Virus record (IMG/VR): IMGVR_UViG_3300024254_000007
Location: 1 to 37,490 of that record
Source: a virus
Lineage: Duplodnaviria; Caudoviricetes
Strand: one strand, 5' to 3'
Length of the DNA: 37,490 nt
Made by a program: the position numbers and the translations under genes
Part shown: piece by piece, positions 25,859 through 35,160 of the stretch
Layout of the letters: each line of letters begins with the position of its first letter
How positions within the stretch are numbered: position 1 is the stretch's first letter
The notes under the pieces: generated by a model
What the model saw: only the letters and a program-made list of their open reading frames with translations
Told to the model about the DNA's origin: nothing
Databases searched by the model: none

Positions 25859-28216
25859 ATGGATTCGCCCGTTACGAGCGGCATCGAGAATATCGCCGGG
25901 CGCGGGATCGGGCTCCTCGCCGCGGCCTCGGCGATTAAGGGCGGCGGCCTCGGGAATTACATGATGGCGCGCGCCCGCATGCTCGGGGATCCGAATTTCC
26001 GCTCGACGTTGATTGATAGCCCGTTCACGTCGGGATTTTTCGGCCTCGGGCAAGGGGCGGGGCCGACGCCGGCGGGCCCCGCGGGCACCGCCACGGGCGG
26101 CGTCGCGCAACCGGCCGATATGGTTGGGCCGCCCGCGCCGTCGGATGCAATCGCCGCCCCGCAAGACGTGCGCTACCTCCCGACGGGCGGGCACTGGTAC
26201 CCGGCCGTGTCGCCGCTCGACTACGCCTCGCAAGCGAAAGCGGAGCAAGACCGCGCCACGATGATCGGGCTCACCAGCACTGACCCGGGAATCCGCACGC
26301 AATCGAAACTCGCGCTCGGCGTGCCGCTGTCGACCGGCGAGCTCGAGCAATCCGTGAGCGCCGGACGGCATTTGGTTGGGCTCGCGGGGCCGGGCTCACA
26401 AGTCCAGTACAAAGTGCCGGGGGGCGCGTTGACGGTCGGGTCGCCCTATATCGCCGGCAACTACATGGATCCGGGCGCCGCGTCGGTCGTGGCGGCGCGC
26501 ACGGGCGGCGTCGTGGTGCCGGGCTCGGTACCGGGCACCTATGACGTCAAAACGCCCGAGAAGCCCGCCGAGAACGAGCACCTTAGCCGCGAGGAGGCCG
26601 CCGCCGCCGCGCAACCGGGCGAGGTGCCCGCGCTGTCGGGACGTACCGTGAACGGCGTGCCGACATGGGTCAACCGCAAGGTCGAGCCGCAAGGCGTGGC
26701 GCCGCTCGAGTCACGCGGCACCGTGCCAGCGACCGAGACGCCGCCCGCGACGATTCCGACCCGTACCAACAATCCGGGCAGCATCAAGGACGGTCCATTC
26801 GCGCAGGCGCAACCCGGCTACCTCGGCGCGGGCCCCCCGGCGACCGACGGCGGCCGCTTTGCCGTCTTCAACTCGCCCGAGGCCGGCCACGCCGCCATGA
26901 CGAATCTCTTGCGGGCGCCGTCCTATCAAGGCTTGCCGGTCGGGGCGGGCTTGCAACGTTGGTCCGGTGGGGGCTATGGCGGCGAGGTCGCGCAGGGGGC
27001 CGGTATCGACCCGACGCGCCCCATGGCGTCGCTTAGTGACGCGGAGCGCACCACGCTCACCGGCGCCATGGCGCGGCGGGAAGGATTCCAGGGGTCGCTC
27101 TCGGCGCCCGCGGCGCCCGCGGCCGCCCCGACACCGCCCGCGGCCGCACCCGCCCCGCCGCCTCCGCCGCCCCCGCCCCCGCATGAGGTCGTGCGGCTCA
27201 ACCCCGACGGCTCGTTTTCGCCCGTCACGCCGCCGGCGCCGCCCCCGCGAGCGCCCGCGCCGCGAGCCGCGGCGACCGTCGCCGCGCCGCCGAGCTCGTC
27301 GCTGTTCCAATTCCCCGCCGGGGCCGCCGTTGCGCCGCCATATGAGGTCGTGCCAGGCGCCGAATTGGGCGGCGTCGCGAGCGGCGCCCCGCCGGCGCCC
27401 GCCGAGCAACGCGGCCCGATGCCGCCGCCGACCCCGCCCGCGCCCGCCAGTGTGGTGCCGTTCGCCCAAGCGGTAGCCGGGCAAGCCGCGGGCGCCGCGG
27501 GCGCGGCCCCGGCCGGTATGCCCGCCGGCACGCAAGAGTTTACCGAAACGCGTCCGCTCCCCGCGGCCATTGGCGGCTCCGTCACCGTGACCGGCAAAAC
27601 GCCCGAGGCGCTCGATTACGAGCGGCGGCAAGCGGAGATACAAAAACAGGTCGAGCGCGACTTTGGGAAAATTCCCGAGGCCAAGGACGTGCAAGCCGCG
27701 CTCATGGTGCGCGCGCCGATTGATGCGCTCTTGACTGCATACCCGAAACCCGAGGACCGCGGCGCGTATCTCGGGTACGTCACGCCATATCTCCAGCAAG
27801 TGTTGGCGGCCAAGGATCCGCGTTACCAGCATTTTCTGGCACTCAACGACGAGATACGGAGCTCGATGCTGGCGGCGGGCGCGCCCAAAGAGGCGATTGA
27901 CGCGCTCCCGACCGGCGCGGAAACCACGGCGGAAGCCTACGAGGCGAAATTGCGCTCCGCGGCGGATACGGCCGACCGCATGATTGCCGGGCAAACCGCG
28001 CTCGCCAACATGCACACCAGGGATCTGTCGGCGCCCGACAAGCTACAAAAGTTGCTGCAATACATGGCAACCCCGAGCGCCGTGCATTACGGGCCGTACC
28101 CGTGGACCGACGAGCAAGCGCAAGCGCAATCGACCCCGCCGAGCGCGCCGCCGACGTCGACCACGAGCCCGTTTGTGGTGGACCGGCTCTACACGGTGCA
28201 ACCGTCGGCGCAGTAA
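25859..28216 (+). CDS. Internal virion protein with lysozyme-like domain
   Basis: RTNNPGSI...FAVFNSPEAG...MARREG domain amid Pro-rich linkers. Confidence 0.72.
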   Translation: MDSPVTSGIENIAGRGIGLLAAASAIKGGGLGNYMMARARMLGDPNFRSTLIDSPFTSGFFGLGQGAGPTPAGPAGTATGGVAQPADMVGPPAPSDAIAAPQDVRYLPTGGHWYPAVSPLDYASQAKAEQDRATMIGLTSTDPGIRTQSKLALGVPLSTGELEQSVSAGRHLVGLAGPGSQVQYKVPGGALTVGSPYIAGNYMDPGAASVVAARTGGVVVPGSVPGTYDVKTPEKPAENEHLSREEAAAAAQPGEVPALSGRTVNGVPTWVNRKVEPQGVAPLESRGTVPATETPPATIPTRTNNPGSIKDGPFAQAQPGYLGAGPPATDGGRFAVFNSPEAGHAAMTNLLRAPSYQGLPVGAGLQRWSGGGYGGEVAQGAGIDPTRPMASLSDAERTTLTGAMARREGFQGSLSAPAAPAAAPTPPAAAPAPPPPPPPPPHEVVRLNPDGSFSPVTPPAPPPRAPAPRAAATVAAPPSSSLFQFPAGAAVAPPYEVVPGAELGGVASGAPPAPAEQRGPMPPPTPPAPASVVPFAQAVAGQAAGAAGAAPAGMPAGTQEFTETRPLPAAIGGSVTVTGKTPEALDYERRQAEIQKQVERDFGKIPEAKDVQAALMVRAPIDALLTAYPKPEDRGAYLGYVTPYLQQVLAAKDPRYQHFLALNDEIRSSMLAAGAPKEAIDALPTGAETTAEAYEAKLRSAADTADRMIAGQTALANMHTRDLSAPDKLQKLLQYMATPSAVHYGPYPWTDEQAQAQSTPPSAPPTSTTSPFVVDRLYTVQPSAQ

Positions 28217-29958
28217 TGGCCGAGGACCAGCAATTCTACCGCCAATTCTTGCAGTCGACCGGCCCCGACGGCTCGCAAACCGTGCGGGAGGTCGTGTCGC
28301 CGACTCTGCTCGACGCCGACGCCGCCGCCGCGGCGGAGCACCAAGCGGGCCGCACGTTTGCGGGGTTCGTCGCGCCCGAGAAAATGGCGGGCGTTGGGCG
28401 GGCGCCGGCGCAACCGCCGCCACCGCCCGAGCCCGCGGTGCCACCGTTGCCGTCCGACGTCGCGCCGACGTCGGGCATCGTGCCGACAAATTACGGCGCG
28501 GCGCCCGACCCGCGGGCCGCGGCCATGGATGCCCGAATCCGCGGCGCGCTCGAGGAGGCGGGCGCCCCGAGCTCCCGCGTTGCGGCGCCCGGGAGCTCGC
28601 CGTGGCTCAATGCCATTCCGCCGTTTCTTGCGGCGGCGGGCCCAACGGCGCTCGCGATTGCGCAACCCGAGCTCGGGATACCGTTGTGGATTGCCCAAGC
28701 GGCGGCCGCCGGGGGCGGCATGGGCGGTGGTGAGGCACTCCGCGAGAAACTCGCGGGCGAGGCGCTCTCGCCGTCGAATATCGCCGAGTCCACCGCCCTC
28801 GGGGCCGGGACCGAGGCCGGCATGAGCCGGGTCGGTATTCCGCTCGCCACGGCCGCCGCGCGCGGCCTCGTCGGCCGCCTCTCTGGAACGCTCGGCGCCG
28901 TCGAGGAGCTCGGGCCCGTGCTGGCGTCGCAAAATGCCGCGACCACCGCGGCGCCGACGGTCGGCGACCTGGCCGCCGCGGGCGCCGACGCGACCCGGAG
29001 CGCAACCGAGCCCGCCTTTAAGGCTGCCCGGGTTGCGGGGGCGGGGCTCCCGGTCTCGACGGCCGGGCTCGAGCCGTATGCGACGGCCGCGAGCACCGCG
29101 GTCACGCGGGCCGGCGCCACGCCCGACCAGGTCGCCGAATTTGGCACGGTCGTCAAACCCATGGTCGGCGGCGTGCCGGGCGATTACGCGCAGCTCGCCG
29201 GGCGCGAGCGCCAACTCGAGAATTGGGTTGCTGGCATGCGCGCACAAGGCGCCGACCCGGCCGACGTGGCGGCCGTCCAGCAATTGCACGGCGCCGTCGG
29301 GAGCCAGCTTGACGCCACGGCCACGGGCACGCCGGCGGCCCCGATGCGCGCGCAATACGTGGCGCTCCAAGGCGAAACCCTCCCGACCCGCTACGGGCTG
29401 TCGAACCTGCAAAGCAACCCCGCCGAGCTCGCGGCGCCGGCGAACGTGCCCGCGTTCCAAACGGTCGTGGCGCAAGCGAGTGCCGCCGACCGGCCCGCGC
29501 TGGCGGCCGCATGGGTCGATTCCGCCCGGCAAGCCGCGGCGCAAGCGGGCAACCCCGTCACCGCCATGCGCGGGGCATACGAGGCGCTCGGGCCCGAGAC
29601 GCAAACGGCGCTCTTTGGCGCGCAAAAGGGCGCCTTTGAGCACGTCATCAATACCGCGTGGGGCGGCTCGCCGGCCGACGTGCAAAGCCTCCTCGGCACG
29701 ACGGCCGCCTTTGGCGGTGGGGGTGCCGGGGCGAGTCACCTCGGGCTTCCGTTCCATGTGCCGGGCATCATAACGGCGCGGGCGGTCTCCGACGCCGCCA
29801 CGCCATTTCTTGCACGCGGCGCGCTTATGAATCCGCCCGTGGCGGCGTTTGGGGCGGGCGTGTCGCGTGTGGCCGGCCAAGCGGGGCCGGCGGTGGCTCG
29901 CCTCGGCGGGCAAGTGGTTGCCGAGCGGGCCCGGCAAGCGGGCTTGCCGACGTTCTAG
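28216..29958 (+). CDS. Large Ala/Gly-rich internal virion protein
   Basis: TAATG-coupled; last gene of the structural operon. Confidence 0.7.
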   Translation: MAEDQQFYRQFLQSTGPDGSQTVREVVSPTLLDADAAAAAEHQAGRTFAGFVAPEKMAGVGRAPAQPPPPPEPAVPPLPSDVAPTSGIVPTNYGAAPDPRAAAMDARIRGALEEAGAPSSRVAAPGSSPWLNAIPPFLAAAGPTALAIAQPELGIPLWIAQAAAAGGGMGGGEALREKLAGEALSPSNIAESTALGAGTEAGMSRVGIPLATAAARGLVGRLSGTLGAVEELGPVLASQNAATTAAPTVGDLAAAGADATRSATEPAFKAARVAGAGLPVSTAGLEPYATAASTAVTRAGATPDQVAEFGTVVKPMVGGVPGDYAQLAGRERQLENWVAGMRAQGADPADVAAVQQLHGAVGSQLDATATGTPAAPMRAQYVALQGETLPTRYGLSNLQSNPAELAAPANVPAFQTVVAQASAADRPALAAAWVDSARQAAAQAGNPVTAMRGAYEALGPETQTALFGAQKGAFEHVINTAWGGSPADVQSLLGTTAAFGGGGAGASHLGLPFHVPGIITARAVSDAATPFLARGALMNPPVAAFGAGVSRVAGQAGPAVARLGGQVVAERARQAGLPTF

Positions 29959-30070
29959 CGTCGCGCGCTGCGTACCCAAGTAGCTGCCCGAGCCAATCCG
30001 CGGGCACGTAGGTATCGTAGAGGTACCCGATTGCGCCCACGATTCCGAGGCCGATAATCCACGAGAGCAT
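29825..30070 (-). CDS. Small membrane protein (moron-like)
   Basis: MLSWIIGLGIVGAIGYLY TM segment; lower GC; TTGTCA-18-TATCGT upstream; 3' end overlaps the convergent gene. Confidence 0.4.
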   Translation of the reverse strand: MLSWIIGLGIVGAIGYLYDTYVPADWLGQLLGYAARDARTSASPLAGPARQPLARRGEPPPAPLGRPHATRPPQTPPRADS

Positions 30071-30119
30071 AGTATCAGAGACGATACGTGTCACGGCGAT
30101 GGGTTGACAAGGGGGGCCG

Positions 30120-30341
30120 TCACCGCCGGCGGGCCCGGAGGGCTTCGAGGGTCTCCCGCGCGACGTCGCGTGCTAAGGCGACGAATTGGCTCCGAAACTC
30201 CTCGTCTTTGAGGAGCTCGCCCCCGAGGAGGTCGCCTTGCTGTTCCGCCGCGACGCGGAGGCGCGCAACGAGGGCCGCCTCAACGCCGTCGCGGACGAGC
30301 GCATGGAGGGGCGTTCCATTGCCGGTGCGTCGGGGTTTCAT
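30120..30341 (-). CDS. Hypothetical protein
   Basis: Helical; protein-like composition. Confidence 0.6.
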   Translation of the reverse strand: MKPRRTGNGTPLHALVRDGVEAALVARLRVAAEQQGDLLGGELLKDEEFRSQFVALARDVARETLEALRARRR

Positions 30342-30381
30342 CGCTTCTTAGCGTTACACTGGCCGGCCCGCGATGGGCAAG

Positions 30382-30654
30382 TCACCGCCGCCGGCCCCGG
30401 GCATAGGCGACAAGGCCAAGCGCAAGCCCCGCCGCGGCGAGGGCGAGGATGGCGCCCGGCGTGCCGAGGAGCCCCGCGAGCCAGCGAACGCCGAGCACGG
30501 CGCCGAGGAGCGGGCCGACCATGACGGCGCCGAGGACGGCATACGGGAGCACGGCGACGGCGACCGCGGCGAGGAGGTAGAGCGCCACGGCGAGGAGGGC
30601 GAGCCGGGCGAGCGTATCGGAATCAGGCAACCACACGGCGGCCCGCGCACACAT
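30382..30654 (-). CDS. Small multi-TM membrane protein
   Basis: Almost entirely hydrophobic; start may be GTG at 30636. Confidence 0.55.
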   Translation of the reverse strand: MCARAAVWLPDSDTLARLALLAVALYLLAAVAVAVLPYAVLGAVMVGPLLGAVLGVRWLAGLLGTPGAILALAAAGLALGLVAYARGRRR

Positions 30655-30841
30655 GCGTCACGTAGAAGGGCACGCCCTCGCCGGCCCGGCGGCAGACGCG
30701 CTCGGGCTTGTAGCGGTAGGCGCGCTCGAGGAGATAGACGGCCGGGGCCCGCTCGAGGCAGACCGGCGTCTCGGTCACATGCCACCGCACGCGGAGCCGC
30801 GCCCGCACGACCGGGCGGCGACACGCCGGGCAGACTGTCAC
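30623..30841 (-). CDS. Zn-ribbon-like hypothetical protein
   Basis: CPAC...HVC; GTGA-coupled. Confidence 0.5.
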   Translation of the reverse strand: MTVCPACRRPVVRARLRVRWHVTETPVCLERAPAVYLLERAYRYKPERVCRRAGEGVPFYVTHVCAGRRVVA

Positions 30842-31044
30842 CGCGCCGGCGCCTCGGCGCCCGCCCCTTGCCGGATCCGCCAGGCCGTCACCCGGCACCG
30901 CGGCGAGCAATAGCGGGCCGTCGACCGCCACGGCCGAAATGGCATGCGGCAGGTCGGGCACACGCGGCGCCGTTTGTGCGCACCCTGTAACGGATTGCGT
31001 GCCCGCCTAGGCGTTACAGGGCCCCGGCGCGCCTCCTGGCTCAT
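30838..31044 (-). CDS. Zn-finger protein
   Basis: CPTC...YCSPRCR; ATGA-coupled. Confidence 0.65.
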   Translation of the reverse strand: MSQEARRGPVTPRRARNPLQGAHKRRRVCPTCRMPFRPWRSTARYCSPRCRVTAWRIRQGAGAEAPAR

Positions 31045-31271
31045 GCCGAGGCGCCCACGGCCCGGCGCCGGGCCGTGGGCGTGGTTTGCGGGTCGCTCTC
31101 GTCGGCGGCCGTGCCGCCCACTTCCCGCAAATGGGTGGCGAGCGCGTCGGCGACCCACTCGCATACGCGAGTGCCCTCCTCAACCGCCGCCACCTTGACG
31201 GCGCGGTGCAGGCGGGCCGGAATCCGGGTTCCGAGTTGCACGACGTGGGTGCGGTACTCGACTCGCGGCAT
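31041..31271 (-). CDS. Ribbon-helix-helix DNA-binding protein
   Basis: VQLGTRIPARLHRAVKVAAVEEG...EWVADAL. Confidence 0.7.
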   Translation of the reverse strand: MPRVEYRTHVVQLGTRIPARLHRAVKVAAVEEGTRVCEWVADALATHLREVGGTAADESDPQTTPTARRRAVGASA

Positions 31272-31800
31272 GGTCGGATCCTTTCGCGGCCGCGACATAC
31301 GCGGCCATGAGCAAGCCCTCGGCGGGGCCCTCGTCGACGGCGGCAATGGCGCCGAGGCTCGGGAAGCGCTCTTGCGCCCGCAACCGGCTCGCGCGCTTGT
31401 CGGCGTGAATCAGGCCGGCGTGTTGCTTCCACACGGCGGGGGCGACAATCCGAAACGGGACGCGCATGCCGACCACAAGCCCAAGCCACAAGCCAAACCC
31501 GACACCCGTGCGGTAGCTCGACGCCGTGCCTTGGCGGGGGCGGGCGCCTTGTGCCTCGAGCACGACCTCGACGCCGCGGAGCGCGGGCGGGAGGCCGTCG
31601 ACCGCCGGGCGGCCGTCGACCGCGGCGGCGAGGAGCGCCCGCATGGCCTCGGGGTTGTACTCGTCGCGTGCCTTGCGCCCGCGCATCACCATGAGGACGG
31701 GCGTGCGGTGCATGCTGACGCCGAGGAGCTCGCCGGCGGCGTCGAGGTCGAGCACGCCGAGGCCGCCGTGCAAGCCCGGGTCGATCCCGATTACCCTCAT
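31180..31800 (-). CDS. RuvC-like Holliday junction resolvase
   Basis: VIGIDPG, VVLE, VAPAVWK and EGPAEGLL motifs. Confidence 0.85.
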   Translation of the reverse strand: MRVIGIDPGLHGGLGVLDLDAAGELLGVSMHRTPVLMVMRGRKARDEYNPEAMRALLAAAVDGRPAVDGLPPALRGVEVVLEAQGARPRQGTASSYRTGVGFGLWLGLVVGMRVPFRIVAPAVWKQHAGLIHADKRASRLRAQERFPSLGAIAAVDEGPAEGLLMAAYVAAAKGSDHAASRVPHPRRATRNPDSGPPAPRRQGGGG

Positions 31801-31955
31801 GGCCGCCGCCGTGGGCACGCGAGGCCATGCCGCCACCACTGCCCGCACCGCCGGCAATAGAGCCCAAGCACCGCCCCGAGGACGCGCCACCGCCCCGGGC
31901 GGCGGAGCTCGAGGAGCACGACCGGCCTCGCGCCATTCATGCGGGGGAGGCTCAT
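31797..31955 (-). CDS. Small Cys-containing protein
   Basis: CRRC...H..C; coupled on both sides. Confidence 0.45.
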   Translation of the reverse strand: MSLPRMNGARPVVLLELRRPGRWRVLGAVLGLYCRRCGQWWRHGLACPRRRP

Positions 31956-32362
31956 CCGTCCTCGCCCGGCTCCCGCCGCCCGGGAGCGGGGCGGCTCGCA
32001 ATGTCCGTGAGCAAGGTCCGGAACCCCGACCCGGGCCGGATGCGTGGGAGGACCTCCCGCAACGCCGCCGCCATTTCCTCCCGCGTCACGTAGGGGAGGA
32101 GCGGCGACATGGGCGGCGACGGCGGGCGGGGCGGCACGGGCCGGACGCACGCCCGGCGGCGGAGCTCGACGGGGGTCGGCAGCAACGCCCCGCTTTCGGC
32201 CCCGTGGACGAGTCGGCGGAGCGCGCGCGTGATGGCGGCGAGCTCGAGGTCCTCGAGGGCCCGGAAATATGCCCGCGCGACCTCCTCGGGCACGCGGCGT
32301 CCAAGCACGCCCGCGGCGGCGAGGAGCTCACCCCGAAACGCGGCGTAGTCGTCGCCGCTCAT
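31952..32362 (-). CDS. Putative helicase loader/inhibitor-like protein
   Basis: YFRALEDL...LPTPVELR pattern directly after the initiator. Confidence 0.6.
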   Translation of the reverse strand: MSGDDYAAFRGELLAAAGVLGRRVPEEVARAYFRALEDLELAAITRALRRLVHGAESGALLPTPVELRRRACVRPVPPRPPSPPMSPLLPYVTREEMAAALREVLPRIRPGSGFRTLLTDIASRPAPGRREPGEDG

Positions 32363-33171
32363 GGCTGCTGCCCCGCGTGCTCGGCTTTCAAGATCGCGAT
32401 GGATTCCGCCACGGCGCGCTCCTCGCCCGTCAAGGGCAGCTCGTCTTGCCACTGCTGCTGGCGTAAAAATGTCGCTGGGTCCTCGATAAATCCCCGGCGC
32501 CACGCGTCGCTCGCTTGCCACCGCGCGACGCCGGCAAGAATCGGCTCGAGATGGCGGGCCGCGTCGGTCGCCGTCCAGGCCCGGAGCGCCGCCGGCTTGT
32601 GGCGTTTCTTGGGGTAGGCCGACCAGAATCGGTCAAAGCCCAATGCAGTCGGACAGGGCGCCGGCCCGGCGGCGCCGTGAGTGAGCGAAGCGAACGATAA
32701 AAGATCTTCTCCGGATCCGGGTACGGGACCGGGAGGCTGCGTTTCCAACGCGTTGGTAACGGCGTTGGTAACGGTGTTGGTAACGGCGTTACATCGGCGT
32801 TTCGCTCGCCACCGCTGGACGCGAGTCGTGATTTTCGTGCTTCGCTCCTGCTGTTCTGCCCGTGACAAGTTGTAATCGAGGAAGTCGTGCACCTCCCACG
32901 ACGCGCCCTGGTCGTGCCACAACCCGATCCGGGCCAGGTCCGCGGCGACGTCGGCCGGCGTGACGCCATGCCGCACCCGGCCGCCCGTCGCCTCGCTCAC
33001 CTGGATGCTCGAGAGGTCGAGGAGCTGTGCCACGCGGCGCTTGGGGATAAACCCATCGGTCAGATTGCGGGCACACCACGTAATCGCGGCGACGTGGAGC
33101 GCAAACCCGAGCGGGCCCGCCGCGATGATTTTGGGGTTGTCGAGGATGGCGTCATCCAACCGCGCCCACAT
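32359..33171 (-). CDS. Phage replication initiator (lambda O-like organisation)
   Basis: GGAGGAGG RBS; WARLDD..NPK, LTDGFIP, HDFLDYN, FDRFWSAYPKK and PATFL...WQDE. Confidence 0.85.
   Translation of the reverse strand: MWARLDDAILDNPKIIAAGPLGFALHVAAITWCARNLTDGFIPKRRVAQLLDLSSIQVSEATGGRVRHGVTPADVAADLARIGLWHDQGASWEVHDFLDYNLSRAEQQERSTKITTRVQRWRAKRRCNAVTNTVTNAVTNALETQPPGPVPGSGEDLLSFASLTHGAAGPAPCPTALGFDRFWSAYPKKRHKPAALRAWTATDAARHLEPILAGVARWQASDAWRRGFIEDPATFLRQQQWQDELPLTGEERAVAESIAILKAEHAGQQP
32750..32793. repeat. About 3.5 tandem 12-bp iterons G(C/T)GTTGGTAACG; probable origin
   Basis: Located in the initiator linker (NAVTNTVTNAVTNA). Confidence 0.7.
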
Positions 33172-33224
33172 GCCCGCGCCTCCTCCCCGATACGGGTCAC
33201 TTTCGCCCCGTATCTCGCCGAATC

Positions 33225-33244
33225 CTGCAACCAGTTTGCAACCA
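33225..33244 (+). promoter_or_regulatory. Integrase arm-type site pair (TGCAACCA x2)
   Basis: CTGCAACCAGTTTGCAACCA left of the att core. Confidence 0.7.
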
Positions 33245-33369
33245 CGAGCCCGCCGAGCCGTGCGGCGCCGTGCCGACCCGCTCCCGGCGCCGGTCGCGCG
33301 GCACGAATCTTTCCGCACGGTTAGCGGGCCGTGCCCGCGGGGCTCCCGGCGCCGGTCGGCGCCCGGGCA

Positions 33370-33413
33370 GACTCTTAATCAGCGGGTCGGAGGTTCGATC
33401 CCTCCGCGGCCCA
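33370..33413 (+). other. attP core: 3' half of tRNA-Lys(CTT)
   Basis: GA-CTCTTAA-TCAGC GGGTC GGAGG-TTCGATC-CCTCC GCGGCCC A gives anticodon loop, T-arm and acceptor 3' strand; no D-arm. Confidence 0.88.
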
Positions 33414-33435
33414 TTAACAAAATCATGGGCTTGCG

Positions 33436-33783
33436 TCACGCCCGCCGTCTCCGCGACGCCTTGCTAGCCGTTTCTGCAACCACTTTGCAACCACGAGGAT
33501 CCGCCGCCGGGGGCGGCCCCAAAAGACCCGGCCCGCAATCGTCGACGCGCAGAAAGCGCGGACCATGACGCGCGGCGACGTCGTCGTAGTCGGGTTGGAA
33601 CGATTCCGCGATGGGCCGCGCGCCAAATCCGCCGACGACCTCGATTCCACACGTCGGGCAGCGATAGAGGTCAGCATACCAAAGCTTGTACGGGCGCCAG
33701 TCGTCCCCAACGGGCATGCCCTCCTCGATGAGCACGCCGGCCTTTTTGGTCCGGAGAAACTTCTTGCACGCGACGCAAATCAT
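33436..33783 (-). CDS. Zn-ribbon protein between int and attP
   Basis: CVAC...CPTC; ATG overlaps the int stop. Confidence 0.65.
   Translation of the reverse strand: MICVACKKFLRTKKAGVLIEEGMPVGDDWRPYKLWYADLYRCPTCGIEVVGGFGARPIAESFQPDYDDVAARHGPRFLRVDDCGPGLLGPPPAADPRGCKVVAETASKASRRRRA
33474..33493 (+). promoter_or_regulatory. Integrase arm-type site pair (TGCAACCA x2)
   Basis: CTGCAACCACTTTGCAACCA right of the att core. Confidence 0.7.
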
Positions 33784-34955
33784 GCGCGCCCCCGCCGGCC
33801 CGTGGTTGCAGGGCTGGTTGCAGGGGCCGCGTCGAGCACGTCGACCCCGGCCCGATCCTCGAGCGGCAACCCCGAGCCGTAGAGGTCGACGGTCGTGGCG
33901 AGGCTCGCGTGCCCGAGGAGCCGTTGCACGTAGACGGGCGATTTGCCCGCCGAGATGAGCTGCGATCCGACCGTGTGGCGGAGGTCGTGCGGCCCGAGGC
34001 GCCGCCCGAGGCAGGCGCCGGCGGCGAGCCGCGCGAGCGCCCGGCGCACGTTCCGGCCGTCGAGCATGGTGCCGGCCTCGGAGGGAAAGAGCCACGGCGT
34101 GACGGGCTCGCCGTCGAGCCGCACGACCTTCGCGAGCGCCGCCGCGTGCGCGTCGAGCACGCCGGCGAGCTCGCGGGAGACGTCGACCACGCGGGCCCCG
34201 TGTTTCGGGAGCTCCGCCCGCCCGTGCTTGGCGTTCCAGGCCCGCTCGACCCGGAGCACGCCGCCGGCGGCGTTGTAGTCGCCGAGGCGAAGCATGAGCG
34301 CCTCCCCAAGCCGCATGCCCGTCCGGGCGAGGAGGAGCACGACCGGAAACCATGAGGGCTCCGCGGTGCGCGTGTACTCGAGGAGGGCGGCCGTTTGCTC
34401 CCGGTCGAGGGCCCGGCGGCGCACGGCGGCCCGCCGGGCGTTTTTGCTCGGGTAGAGGCGCAGCACCTTGCCGAGCCGCGCCGCCGGGTTGTCACCGCGC
34501 AACCCATCCTCGACGGCCGCGTTGAGCAGGGCGCGAAGCGTCGCATACACGGCGTAAATCGACCCGGGGGCGAGCGGCTTGCCGGCGACGCCTTGGCGGC
34601 GACACTCGACCAGCATGGCGCGGAGCTCGGGCCGCGAGAGCTCGGCGACCGGCCGGGCCCCGAGGCGCGGCGCGAGATAGCGCGCGAATTGCTCGGCATA
34701 GGCCGCATGCGTCCGCGCCTTGACGGCGTCCTCAATCGCCGCGAGCCACCGCGCCCCGTAGACGGCCACCGTGCTGTCGCTGGCAACCACGGGCTCGAGG
34801 CCGCGGGCCGCGCGGAGCCGCCGAGCGTTGGCGTCCAACCACGCTTGCGCCTCGCGATGGGTCGCAAAGGCCGGGTATTTCTGCGTGCCGTCGGGCGTGC
34901 GGTACTTGACGTAAAAGGGCTTTTTGCATGGGCGGCCCCACTTGCTAACTCTCAC
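33780..34955 (-). CDS. int: Tyrosine integrase
   Basis: TGMRLGE, PKHG, HDLRH, LGH and DLYG catalytic set; GTG overlaps the xis stop. Confidence 0.95.
   Translation of the reverse strand: MRVSKWGRPCKKPFYVKYRTPDGTQKYPAFATHREAQAWLDANARRLRAARGLEPVVASDSTVAVYGARWLAAIEDAVKARTHAAYAEQFARYLAPRLGARPVAELSRPELRAMLVECRRQGVAGKPLAPGSIYAVYATLRALLNAAVEDGLRGDNPAARLGKVLRLYPSKNARRAAVRRRALDREQTAALLEYTRTAEPSWFPVVLLLARTGMRLGEALMLRLGDYNAAGGVLRVERAWNAKHGRAELPKHGARVVDVSRELAGVLDAHAAALAKVVRLDGEPVTPWLFPSEAGTMLDGRNVRRALARLAAGACLGRRLGPHDLRHTVGSQLISAGKSPVYVQRLLGHASLATTVDLYGSGLPLEDRAGVDVLDAAPATSPATTGRRGRA
33803..33823 (-). promoter_or_regulatory. Third arm-like pair (CTGCAACCA x2, inverted) in the int 3' end
   Basis: TGGTTGCAG-GGC-TGGTTGCAG. 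Confidence 0.55.
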
Positions 34956-35160
34956 GAGCCGCCCCCGTGCGGCCCCGGGTCGGGGCCGCGCCATGCTGCT
35001 TGACCAGGAGCCCAAGGCTCGCCGTGGCGAGGGCCGTGACTGCCCGCGCCCCTTGCTCCCAGCGGGCGACGGTCGTCACCGTCACCCCGAGGGCGCTCGC
35101 GAGCTCCCGCTGTGTCCAGCCGAGGCGCCGGCGCAGTGCTTGTACGTCTTGTGGGGTCAT
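34945..35160 (-). CDS. XRE-family HTH regulator nested in the xis frame-shifted tail
   Basis: MTPQDVQALRRRLGWTQRELASALGVTVTTVARWEQG; TATACT 7 nt before the ATG. Confidence 0.82.
   Translation of the reverse strand: MTPQDVQALRRRLGWTQRELASALGVTVTTVARWEQGARAVTALATASLGLLVKQHGAAPTRGRTGAARES

Noticed and set aside
33326-33413. Complete phage tRNA-Lys gene
   Set aside because: GGGCCGT at 33326 could pair with the acceptor 3' strand, but the spacing is too long, there is no D-arm, and the anticodon stem has an A-A mismatch; treated as att core
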